A stretch of 46,079 nucleotides of DNA from an uncultured Loktanella sp. (GTDB taxonomy: Bacteria > Pseudomonadota > Alphaproteobacteria > Rhodobacterales > Rhodobacteraceae): NCBI GenBank assembly GCA_913061335.1, contig CAJXTP010000001.1:1-46079 (forward strand). The letters run 5' to 3'. The number at the start of each line of letters is the position of its first letter. Position 1 is the first letter of the stretch. Below are positions 9,887 through 18,069 of the stretch, piece by piece. The notes under the pieces were generated by a model, which saw only the letters and a program-made list of their open reading frames with translations, ran no database searches and was not told where the DNA came from. Both the position numbers and the translations under genes were made by a program.

Positions 9887-10564
9887 TCAACGCTTGTCCT
9901 TGGCGCGCCACGTATCAAGCCAGCGACGTACACGGCCGCGCCGTTCTGCCACGCCCGCACTTGCCTCGTCATAGCGATGACCTGCAGTGTCCAACAACGG
10001 GTCAATCGCGCGTTCACGAAACTGCATCCACATAGCGCGCAAAAACACGATCCCGACGACCAAGGAAACAAAGAAAAAGATGTTGAACCACGGGATGATG
10101 CGCACATCAGGGCTGTCCACAATCCGAACCGCAATCGCATTGGGATAGATCGACGCCCAGCGCACACGCCAGCCGTAATGGGTCAAGACAGCCCAACTTT
10201 CAGCAAGCTTTGGGCTGCCAGCCTCTGCCTGTAAATCGGAGCTATCAAACTTGAAATACGGTGGCCAAATCCAGCCCGTATCCTCGTTGCGGTAGACCAT
10301 TACCTCAGTGGTATCGCGGGCAACAAACCCCAAAAGAAACGTCTTCTTCTTATCAGTATTGATTAAGCGCAAATCGCGGGTTGGTTGTTCAACACCACCG
10401 CTATCGGCTTGGGCATAAAACATCCGGTTAAATCCACTGAAATCGGTACGGATAATCTCGGTTGAACCGATCCGAACGATGTCGTGCTGAGGCAGCACAT
10501 AGTGTAAAAACAGACCCAAGATCAGGAAAATCAAAACGCGAAAGGTAATTTTCAAACGTAGCAT
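9887..10564 (-). CDS. DUF1523-family membrane-anchored protein
   Basis: LHYVLPQHDIVRI, VMVYRNEDTGWIWPPYFKFDSSDLQAEA, HYGWR...IYPNA; N- and C-terminal TM helices. Confidence 0.85.
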   Translation of the reverse strand: MLRLKITFRVLIFLILGLFLHYVLPQHDIVRIGSTEIIRTDFSGFNRMFYAQADSGGVEQPTRDLRLINTDKKKTFLLGFVARDTTEVMVYRNEDTGWIWPPYFKFDSSDLQAEAGSPKLAESWAVLTHYGWRVRWASIYPNAIAVRIVDSPDVRIIPWFNIFFFVSLVVGIVFLRAMWMQFRERAIDPLLDTAGHRYDEASAGVAERRGRVRRWLDTWRAKDKR

Positions 10565-10574
10565 TTTAAGACCC

Positions 10575-10853
10575 TCAATTCGTATTTGTTATATAAACGA
10601 TGCCAGCCACGATCACCGTGGGCACCACATAAACCAGCGCGATCAGCTTGGGGCGATAAGACGCATTATAGTCCGCAATCCCTTTTGCAACGAATGCATC
10701 GCGGGCGGACGTATCGGTGCTGGCCGGGTTCTCTTCAGCCCATGCCTTTTCCAACTTTTCACGCCGCACTGACCGCGAATAAACCGCTACCGACAGGTAA
10801 ATAACGCTCAGCGCCAAAAACCCGAAAACAACCAACCGTACAAATGCCATCAC
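10575..10853 (-). CDS. Small hypothetical membrane protein (2 TM)
   Basis: 92 aa ORF abutting its neighbours in the operon; hydrophobic termini with a charged centre (RREKLEKAW). Confidence 0.8.
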   Translation of the reverse strand: MMAFVRLVVFGFLALSVIYLSVAVYSRSVRREKLEKAWAEENPASTDTSARDAFVAKGIADYNASYRPKLIALVYVVPTVIVAGIVYITNTN

Positions 10854-12200
10854 TTACCTCCTGCGCACTGCGCCCCACGGACCAACCGCTTTGATCATAT
10901 CACGTTTTCGCGGCGCGGGCTCTTCCAGCGGCGCATCATGCCCAAACAAAGCGGCGCGTGTGCCTGCCTTATCGACTTGGTATTCACGATCCAAAAAGTC
11001 CACCACATACGCGCATTTTTCATCCGGCCATGTGGCATATGCCGCATAAAACGCGTCCTTATGGCAGATAAACAGCTGGCGAACGTCCAACGGGCACAAC
11101 TCCGCCAACAACATATTCACCAAATCTGCGTCGCCGTGGTCACGGGCGCGCAGCGTATAAAAATACGCATCGTGATCTGACGTGATGCGCGGCCAAGGAC
11201 CGTCTTCCTCAGCCCAGCGCACAAGCGCCGCAAGTCCCTGCCACGCCGCAGGTAAATCGTCTGCATAACGCCGCCCAAGCTGGCGCAGATCACGGCGGGT
11301 GGCCCCCGATAAATCTTCACCCATCTCAGCGGCAACAGAGGCCACGATGAAATCCATCTTCTGATGCAAGATCGCAGCGGCGTCCAAACCGCGCGCCTCG
11401 ACAATCGGCTCGACCAAATCATTAAGCGTCAGGAACTTTGCAATCGCCGCGCGGTCCGACACATCAAACACGTGGTCCATCGGTATCTGCCCCAGCGCAT
11501 CCTTGTCACCCACCGCAATCACAGCCGGATGCTGCACGCCGCGAAACACATACATGCCGCCAAAATGCGCGGTCCAGAAATTCATCTGGTCAAAGCGCAT
11601 CTGATCAAGCGTCACAGGATTGCGGGTCACATCCCCGGTTTCCTTGGCCAGCCCAATCATTTGGCCAATCAGCACGTCATCAAACCAAGCATCATCCTCT
11701 GCCTTAAACTGATCGATTAAACCGCGCAGCTTGGCCGCCGTGCGCACTGTTCCCTCGGTCGTATCGGCCTCAATCGTGATCCGGCGAATATCAAACAAAC
11801 GGGCAGCGCTATCGACAGAATACACCGAATTGACCAACTCGCCCGCCACCGCATCACGGGTGGTCAGCGCAAACAACTGCGCACGGTTTTGCGCGATAAA
11901 CTGCTTGAGAATCCCACGGCTGGTCGAAAACTTCGCATCCAACAACGGAGCCGTCTCCTGCTCGGTCGTCAGCAAAATAAACTGCCGGTTCACACCCTTG
12001 TGGTTCAGATAAAGCGGATCATCCAACTCGGCCCCCACCTCAGGACTGAACCCCGCAATATCAACGTGAAACTCAACCAACGCCGTACGCTTACCCGTCA
12101 AAGACATCAGCGCACGATTATACCGCTCCACCAAAACCGGACTATCAACACGGATCAAATTGCCAAACATCAGGCCTTTTTCGATTAGTCTATGCATCAT
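10854..12200 (-). CDS. DUF6638-family protein (function unknown)
   Basis: 448 aa ORF; N-terminus RLIEKGLMFGNL...LVERYNRAL...GFSPEV...NRQFILL and FWTAHFGG recognised as this alphaproteobacterial family from memory. Confidence 0.75.
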   Translation of the reverse strand: MMHRLIEKGLMFGNLIRVDSPVLVERYNRALMSLTGKRTALVEFHVDIAGFSPEVGAELDDPLYLNHKGVNRQFILLTTEQETAPLLDAKFSTSRGILKQFIAQNRAQLFALTTRDAVAGELVNSVYSVDSAARLFDIRRITIEADTTEGTVRTAAKLRGLIDQFKAEDDAWFDDVLIGQMIGLAKETGDVTRNPVTLDQMRFDQMNFWTAHFGGMYVFRGVQHPAVIAVGDKDALGQIPMDHVFDVSDRAAIAKFLTLNDLVEPIVEARGLDAAAILHQKMDFIVASVAAEMGEDLSGATRRDLRQLGRRYADDLPAAWQGLAALVRWAEEDGPWPRITSDHDAYFYTLRARDHGDADLVNMLLAELCPLDVRQLFICHKDAFYAAYATWPDEKCAYVVDFLDREYQVDKAGTRAALFGHDAPLEEPAPRKRDMIKAVGPWGAVRRR

Positions 12201-12201
12201 T

Positions 12202-12543
12202 TCACCATACCGCCCTCACCCAACTACGCGGCAAGTTCGCCACCGTTAACACCATAATCGGCGCCCAGATCAGCCCAGCAATCAAGCCCAGTTTTCCGAA
12301 AAATACGATATTCGCGAATGCGCCAAAGCCTGCCAATTCATCCCAGCCAACGCCTTTCCACACATAAAGCAGCGAAAAGAAACCTGTGCTCAGCGCGAAC
12401 AATATCACCGTGGACAACAGCGCATTGATCATCAGCGGGCGCACCCCTTCGGGCAACACCATCGACAATAGTTTCGGCACCAGCCACGCCAATAACGCAA
12501 GACACGCCGCAGGCAGAAAAAGACCGTCCACGATCAGGTTCAC
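12202..12543 (-). CDS. Small hypothetical membrane protein (about 3 TM)
   Basis: 113 aa hydrophobic ORF; GTGA overlap with the AAA gene stop. Confidence 0.8.
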   Translation of the reverse strand: MNLIVDGLFLPAACLALLAWLVPKLLSMVLPEGVRPLMINALLSTVILFALSTGFFSLLYVWKGVGWDELAGFGAFANIVFFGKLGLIAGLIWAPIMVLTVANLPRSWVRAVW

Positions 12544-14474
12544 CCCTTGCCCTCCAGATACCGCTTTTTGGCTTCTTCTTGGCGGGCAAAATCACGGACC
12601 ATCTGATCAATCGCGACCTCGTCCGACTTATCTGCATAGCGGAATTCGCTATCGGCGTAGCGGTTGATTTCCTGCAAAACCATGTCGGTCGTAATCGGCT
12701 GGCGCAGATCAGAAATCATCGCTTTCTTGGTGTCGTAATCTTTGAACATAAACAGATCAGGATTTTCCATCCATTCATCAGGCAATTCAAAGTCCATCGC
12801 ACGGACTTTCACCGCATCCGTGATGTTCTTAATCGCACGCCCCGTGAATCGGTCATCAGCCTCCTGAATACCCTTCAGATACGTCCCCATCTTGGCAATC
12901 GTATCCAGATCGCCGATCTCGGATTGGACCTTATCAAACACACGGATCAGCCCTTCTTCATGCGGGCGAGCATGGCCCGCAAAGCTAGCGGCCACCGCCT
13001 TTTTGATCTCTTGCGCGCTAAACACCTCGTGGTCGCCCACCGGAATGTCGTGGTTCTTGCCCATCAGCAAATACAAAATATCGATATAGTCGTCGCGCGT
13101 CTGCGGACCATCAACCAAGAACCGCGCCCCTGCCCGCTGGCGCAGCGCGTCGTCCACATTCTCAGGGTAATTCGAGAACATACCAAACGTGCAGTTGCCG
13201 CGCACAACCGTGTTGGCCCCCGCAAAGCTTTCCATTAAAACTGCCGTAATTTCCAACTGCCCCGCGCTTGACTGACGGTCGCCGCGCTTACCTGCCAACT
13301 GGTCAATATCGTCAATCGTACCAAAGCCAATCACCGACGGATCAAGGATATTATCAATAAATGCCTTTGCGTTCTGACCCGACTTGCCTTGATAACTGTC
13401 GATATTGTCGGTGCTCAGGTTCTGATACCGAAACGGATAACCAGCCACCTGACAATACTCATTCACCAAGCCCGCCATCATCTGGATCAGGGTCGTCTTA
13501 CCCGTCCCCGGCTTACCGTCACCCATAAATGTAAAGATAAAACCGCCCAGTTCGGCAAACGGATTAAGCCGCCGATCAAAGTCATAAGCCATGACCATCT
13601 TGGCCAGTTTCATCGCCTGATATTTGGCAATGTGATTGCCCACAACCTCGTTAGGTTTCTTGAATGTCATGGTCAGCACAGACGCCTTGGCGCGTGACGC
13701 AGGGCTAAACCCGCGCACCGCAAAATCATCGGCCTCAACACGCCACGCGGCCTGCACAAATGGCGCGAGCGCGGGGGCCGTGCTGGCACGCGCGGATACT
13801 TTAGCCATCAACGCCTCGGCAAAAGCCAGCACAACAGCAACCATCTTTGGCTCGTCGGCGCCAAGGGCGGCAATATCGCGGTCCAACTCCCAAAGCGCGC
13901 CGTGCAAAGCCAACTGACCATTATCGACCAAAACCTCTTCGACCTCGCCAATCTCGACGATCTGCTCAGACGCATGATCCGCCAGCAAAAATGCAGTCGC
14001 AGACCCAAACACATACAGCGTGACCAGCGCCTCGGCTGTCAACAATTCGGAAAACTGCGACTTTGATCCAGCAGGCAACGCACCTTCCAAATTGGCGCGC
14101 TTCATGTCTTTCAACGGTGTACGCTCCGCAAACTGATCGGCCACGGCCAGCGCTATCGCAATCGCGCGGCGCAACCCCTGCAACACATGCGCCTGCAACG
14201 GTGACGTCAATCCATCGCCGCCCTCAACCGCCTCGATCCGACCCGTCAGCTGAATACCCTCAGCACGGACCACACGGCGGGTCGATAACCCCGGTGTGGT
14301 GGATCGAAACCGACGACCAGCAGAAATCCCCGGTGACCGTTCAGCCACAGGTGCGCCACCACCAGATGCAATCCGTGGGCTATGGTCAAACCCATCCAAT
14401 AGGTCCAACGCGGCGGCATAATGACTACGGATTTCTTCCTCACGCAGTTCCATCTGATCACTCGACTGACTCAT
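12540..14474 (-). CDS. AAA+ ATPase (classic-clade-like) with uncharacterised N-terminal domain
   Basis: Walker A GKPGTGKTT, pore loop SYQGKSG, Walker B GTIDDID, sensor-1/SRH FSNYPENVDDALRQR. Confidence 0.9.
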   Translation of the reverse strand: MSQSSDQMELREEEIRSHYAAALDLLDGFDHSPRIASGGGAPVAERSPGISAGRRFRSTTPGLSTRRVVRAEGIQLTGRIEAVEGGDGLTSPLQAHVLQGLRRAIAIALAVADQFAERTPLKDMKRANLEGALPAGSKSQFSELLTAEALVTLYVFGSATAFLLADHASEQIVEIGEVEEVLVDNGQLALHGALWELDRDIAALGADEPKMVAVVLAFAEALMAKVSARASTAPALAPFVQAAWRVEADDFAVRGFSPASRAKASVLTMTFKKPNEVVGNHIAKYQAMKLAKMVMAYDFDRRLNPFAELGGFIFTFMGDGKPGTGKTTLIQMMAGLVNEYCQVAGYPFRYQNLSTDNIDSYQGKSGQNAKAFIDNILDPSVIGFGTIDDIDQLAGKRGDRQSSAGQLEITAVLMESFAGANTVVRGNCTFGMFSNYPENVDDALRQRAGARFLVDGPQTRDDYIDILYLLMGKNHDIPVGDHEVFSAQEIKKAVAASFAGHARPHEEGLIRVFDKVQSEIGDLDTIAKMGTYLKGIQEADDRFTGRAIKNITDAVKVRAMDFELPDEWMENPDLFMFKDYDTKKAMISDLRQPITTDMVLQEINRYADSEFRYADKSDEVAIDQMVRDFARQEEAKKRYLEGKG

Positions 14475-14477
14475 CGT

Positions 14478-14541
14478 TCTTCAATCCCTCTTTGGTTTCC
14501 AAATATCCCCGCCGGAGGCACGGGATTGCAAAACCCGTTAC
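14478..14541. repeat. REP-like palindrome (minus strand GTAACGGGTTTTGCAATCCCG) plus adjacent Rhodobacteraceae-type intergenic repeat (…CCAAATATCCCCGCCGGAGGCA)
   Basis: CGGG/CCCG imperfect palindrome preceded by a GTAA tetranucleotide, analogous to the GTAG REPs elsewhere in the window. The neighbouring motif is recalled as a common Roseobacter repeat but occurs only once here. Confidence 0.45.
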
Positions 14542-15653
14542 TTACGGCTCAACACACGCCCATGATCGGACACGACAAATTTACGCACGTCAGCAAACCC
14601 CGGCGGGTTGCGTTCGGCCAGCGCCTGATAGGGGCGTTCGGGCATAATTAAACTACGCTCCATGCGGGTGGCACCTGTGTCAGCGCCAGCACCCGCAAAC
14701 GGATCAAGCGCGAATATCTGACGCTCCACAGTGCCAAACCAACCGGATTTGACACGTTCAACGCGGTCGGCGATCAACTCTTCTTCAGTCCAAACCATCG
14801 CCCAATCTTCGCCCACAGGACTGTTCGCCGCCTCAAGCACCTCGCGCAATGGGCCCGCCTGTCGGGTAAACGCGTTGGAATACATCGGGCCAATATGAAA
14901 CCGACGCAGACGGGTCGGGTGCAGATCATCAAAGTCTTCGTCAAAGCCACGCGCGATGGTCAAAAGCTTCAGCCCGCCAACGGCTTGCGCCATCAAATGC
15001 GCCTGTACTTCAGGCCAGCGGCGTTCGTCCTTTGGCAGACCTGTGCGGCCCGTATCAGCCACATCCATGATATAGATCGTGGGCAGGTTCACCTGACTGT
15101 CATAGACGGCCCAGTGGATCTGAAAATGACGCCGATCATCCTCGTTTTTGATCCAAACCGCCTGCGGATCATTACGCGCCCAGAACATGCCACCCTTGGC
15201 CAACTCCTGATAATACAGCCGCTGAGACAAAGCATATTGCAGCTTGGTCGGGATTTCCTGATCAGCCACAATCGTGCGAACCATCTGATCCTTCAGCGCT
15301 TCAACCGATGGCATCGTGTCCAAATGACGACCCGCCTGTAGCGTATCATTCGCCATCTCAAGCAGCTCTTGATAGACAGGAAAACCGCTTTCCACGCGGT
15401 CAAATGTCAACTGGCCCGCATGGGCAAAGCGGCCCGAAAAATGGTACTTATGCGCCAACGCGCGAAACGTCAGATTAAGCCCAACCAGATACCGCGCAAT
15501 CACCGTGATATCGCGGCGACCCAAACGCCCCTCAGCCTCCATCGTGCCGGCAACACGGGTCATATGCTGCGTGATCTTTTCAAACTTACCAAAATACCGC
15601 CGCGTGATGCGGGTATCTTCAAGCTTAAAATGATCTTGAGAGAGGTCAGTCAT
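14538..15653 (-). CDS. Conserved hypothetical soluble protein (371 aa)
   Basis: Long ORF within the operon; motifs HWAVYDSQVNLPTIY and DDLHPTRLRRFHIGPMYS; no recognised family. Confidence 0.85.
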   Translation of the reverse strand: MTDLSQDHFKLEDTRITRRYFGKFEKITQHMTRVAGTMEAEGRLGRRDITVIARYLVGLNLTFRALAHKYHFSGRFAHAGQLTFDRVESGFPVYQELLEMANDTLQAGRHLDTMPSVEALKDQMVRTIVADQEIPTKLQYALSQRLYYQELAKGGMFWARNDPQAVWIKNEDDRRHFQIHWAVYDSQVNLPTIYIMDVADTGRTGLPKDERRWPEVQAHLMAQAVGGLKLLTIARGFDEDFDDLHPTRLRRFHIGPMYSNAFTRQAGPLREVLEAANSPVGEDWAMVWTEEELIADRVERVKSGWFGTVERQIFALDPFAGAGADTGATRMERSLIMPERPYQALAERNPPGFADVRKFVVSDHGRVLSRK

Positions 15654-15867
15654 CGTTTTCGACCTTCGGCTTCCCAGACCGCGAGTTCATCCAAGAATTG
15701 TAAATCCGCGGGCCCAAAACAAGAGAGGCGATTGCGACCGGAAGAGCTTCTAACATTCTCTCAGCAATCTCTGGCAGGCCCGTCCACCCAAATGGGAAAA
15801 TATATATAGCATCGGTTATCGCCATGCCGGCAAAAAGACCTATAAAAAAAAGCGCTAGGCGCGACAC
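15646..15867 (-). CDS. Small hypothetical membrane protein (73 aa, 2 TM)
   Basis: Exactly fills the gap between flanking genes (abuts the upstream stop, overlaps the downstream start by 8 nt); visibly AT-richer than its neighbours. Confidence 0.65.
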   Translation of the reverse strand: MSRLALFFIGLFAGMAITDAIYIFPFGWTGLPEIAERMLEALPVAIASLVLGPRIYNSWMNSRSGKPKVENDD

Positions 15868-16947
15868 TTATTCAGCCCCATACTGATTGCTATCGTGCTT
15901 CTCGACAATCTTGGCGAACCTGCGCATGAACCGCGCGTCGGCTTTCGCCTTTTGCTCCAGCACTTCGCGGGCGAACACCATGTGGTCTTCGTGGGCTTCC
16001 AGCATGTCGGCCATGCGGGCGTTTGTGGCGGACCCGATTGCGGCCATTGCTGTTTGTGCCTCTTGGTCGGTTTTCACGCCAATCTCGTTGATTTTATGGG
16101 CGACGTCTTGTTGTTGCGCAGTTTTCAATGACTTGGACAGGGCATCATACAGCACAACACGCTGCTTGGTGTCTGTCTCCAGTTTATTGATCAAAACCAT
16201 CTGCGTCGCGGCTTGGTTCTGCAAACTATCGATCCAGGTTTTACCCTTTTCGATATAGCGTTCCAGCGTCTGGGATTTCGCCAGCTTAACCTGCTCCATT
16301 TGGACCATCTCGTTATAGCTGGTGTTCAGCGCGGCCAGCTCAGATTCCAGCTTGGTGCGGGCTGTGGCATCCTGTTCAACTGAAATCTTACCCTCAATCG
16401 TAATAATCTGAGGATCAATCGCCAGAATATCAGCGCGCACTGATTCCAGCTCACCCACAGTCATTTCACGTTCATCAAGCGTACCCGTCAGGTTCGCTTC
16501 AACCTTGGTCTTTTGCTCGTTCAGCGTGGCAAGCTGGCCCTGCAACAATCGCGTAATCACGTCGGACTTGGAGATCAAATCCTGCAACTTGTCGTCGACA
16601 GAGGCGCTGCGCATCCGCTCTTCACGCATGCTGTCGGACTTGTTGCCCGAAAACCAACCAACGACGCTTTCCATCGTGGTCTTGGACCGCATTTCGTCGA
16701 AGTCTTTGGAAAAGGCGGATGTGACATCATCCAGCCCCATGATCAGCTCGGCAATATTGGCGTTCATCAATTCGGTATGGGCATGCACGTCCTCAAGGGA
16801 CGCATTTTCAATATCGACAGAGATATCCGTACCAGCCGCCATTTTCTGGCGGGCGTTTTCAATCCGGCCGGTCAATTCAGAAATTTTGGATTGCGCCTCA
16901 GCTACTTGTGCTTGGCTTTCTTGGATCTGCGTGTCGAAATTGGCCAT
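15868..16947 (-). CDS. All-helical coiled-coil protein, possibly TelA/KlaA-like
   Basis: Heptad-rich, nearly Pro-free 359 aa; SD GAGGGA upstream; amphipathic ESVVGWFSG followed by SVDDKLQDL is reminiscent of TelA. Confidence 0.85.
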   Translation of the reverse strand: MANFDTQIQESQAQVAEAQSKISELTGRIENARQKMAAGTDISVDIENASLEDVHAHTELMNANIAELIMGLDDVTSAFSKDFDEMRSKTTMESVVGWFSGNKSDSMREERMRSASVDDKLQDLISKSDVITRLLQGQLATLNEQKTKVEANLTGTLDEREMTVGELESVRADILAIDPQIITIEGKISVEQDATARTKLESELAALNTSYNEMVQMEQVKLAKSQTLERYIEKGKTWIDSLQNQAATQMVLINKLETDTKQRVVLYDALSKSLKTAQQQDVAHKINEIGVKTDQEAQTAMAAIGSATNARMADMLEAHEDHMVFAREVLEQKAKADARFMRRFAKIVEKHDSNQYGAE

Positions 16948-16983
16948 ATGCGAATGTCCCTCGTTAATGTTACGTCTGTTTAC

Positions 16984-17012
16984 ATTTAGGTACTATCTAA
17001 CGAATTTTCAAA
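16984..17012 (-). promoter_or_regulatory. Putative RpoH/sigma70-type promoter of the 8-gene operon
   Basis: Minus strand TTTGAA-N16-CCTAAAT, close to the alphaproteobacterial RpoH consensus CTTGAA-N15/16-CCTATAT. Confidence 0.5.
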
Positions 17013-17074
17013 TACCTGTGATCTCAATTCGCACGAACATGCACCAAAAATTGGGCGGCGTCATGGCCAAGCAC

Positions 17075-17109
17075 AAAAAAAGCCCCGCAACCTTGGGGCT
17101 ACGGGGCTT
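17075..17109 (-). terminator. Rho-independent terminator of the L,D-transpeptidase gene
   Basis: AAGCCCCG/CGGGGCTT stem followed by a T-tract on the minus strand. Confidence 0.85.
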
Positions 17110-17114
17110 ATTTA

Positions 17115-17945
17115 TCAAAGTGGGACGTTAGATTCTTCAATTGGTGCATTGGGGTCCACTGCATCAAAATCCGGCGGCTGATCGTTTGCCAGCGCCTCTT
17201 CACCATAAATCGTGTCTGGGTCGATCTGCTTGGCAGGCAATTCCACGCCGCGGTTATAGTTTTCGGGATCAACGCGCAGCGATTCGTCTTCAGACCGAAC
17301 CAATACTTTGATCCCTCTTTCGACCGCATCATACAAATGGATCATGTCTTGGTTAAACATACGGATACAGCCCGCGCTGCCCGAATTACCAATCGACCCA
17401 AGATCGTTTGTCCCGTGAATGCGGTAATATGTGTCGCGCCCATTGCGGAACAAATACAAGGCCCGCGCGCCAAGCGGGCTGCGCAAACCACCCGGAATAC
17501 CGCGACGGAATGGGCCGTAAACATCCGGCTCCGTGCGCAACATGTTCTGCGTCGGCGTCCATCCAGGCCACTTCTTTTTCATCCGAATGACGCCAGTTCC
17601 GCTAAAGCTGCGGCCTGCGCGCCCAACACCAATGGGGTAACGCACTGCGGTCCCGTCACCTTTGACGTGGTACAAAAACTTCGCATAAGGATCGACGTCG
17701 ATGGAATTTTCAGGTGCCTCGCCAAGGTAAATCCCCGACATGCGCCGGTTGATCCCCATTGTGTACTCTTCCGGAATGCCCGGAAGGTCAAAGCCGGCAT
17801 CAAACAACGGCCCGTACCCGTCCATAAAGCTTGGCAAGCTGATCTTGACAGGGGCTGGCACTGACTCCTGCGACGCACAAGCTGCGGTCGCCCCAAGCAT
17901 CAGCGCTCCGAATGAACGCCGCGTGAGATTTGTAAAAATGGTCAT
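17115..17945 (-). CDS. L,D-transpeptidase (ErfK/YbiS/YkuD family), Tat/lipoprotein-type signal
   Basis: TRRSFG twin-Arg and AAC lipobox-like site; WPGWTPT, SPLGARALYL, YRIHGT...SAGCIRM catalytic His/Cys. Confidence 0.93.
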   Translation of the reverse strand: MTIFTNLTRRSFGALMLGATAACASQESVPAPVKISLPSFMDGYGPLFDAGFDLPGIPEEYTMGINRRMSGIYLGEAPENSIDVDPYAKFLYHVKGDGTAVRYPIGVGRAGRSFSGTGVIRMKKKWPGWTPTQNMLRTEPDVYGPFRRGIPGGLRSPLGARALYLFRNGRDTYYRIHGTNDLGSIGNSGSAGCIRMFNQDMIHLYDAVERGIKVLVRSEDESLRVDPENYNRGVELPAKQIDPDTIYGEEALANDQPPDFDAVDPNAPIEESNVPL

Positions 17946-18035
17946 AATCAACGGCTACCGTAATAATTGTTAGCCCTTGCGATAGCATACAAACCGCCAG
18001 TTGCAATTCACCGCATAGTGAGCGGCGTGGAACAC

Positions 18036-18059
18036 GGGGCACCGTGACGCCGATGCCCC
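18036..18059 (-). terminator. Hairpin downstream of creatinase
   Basis: Minus strand GGGGCATCG-gcgtca-CGGTGCCCC about 10 nt after the stop; weak U-tail. Confidence 0.5.
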
Positions 18060-18069
18060 AATTCTTAGT

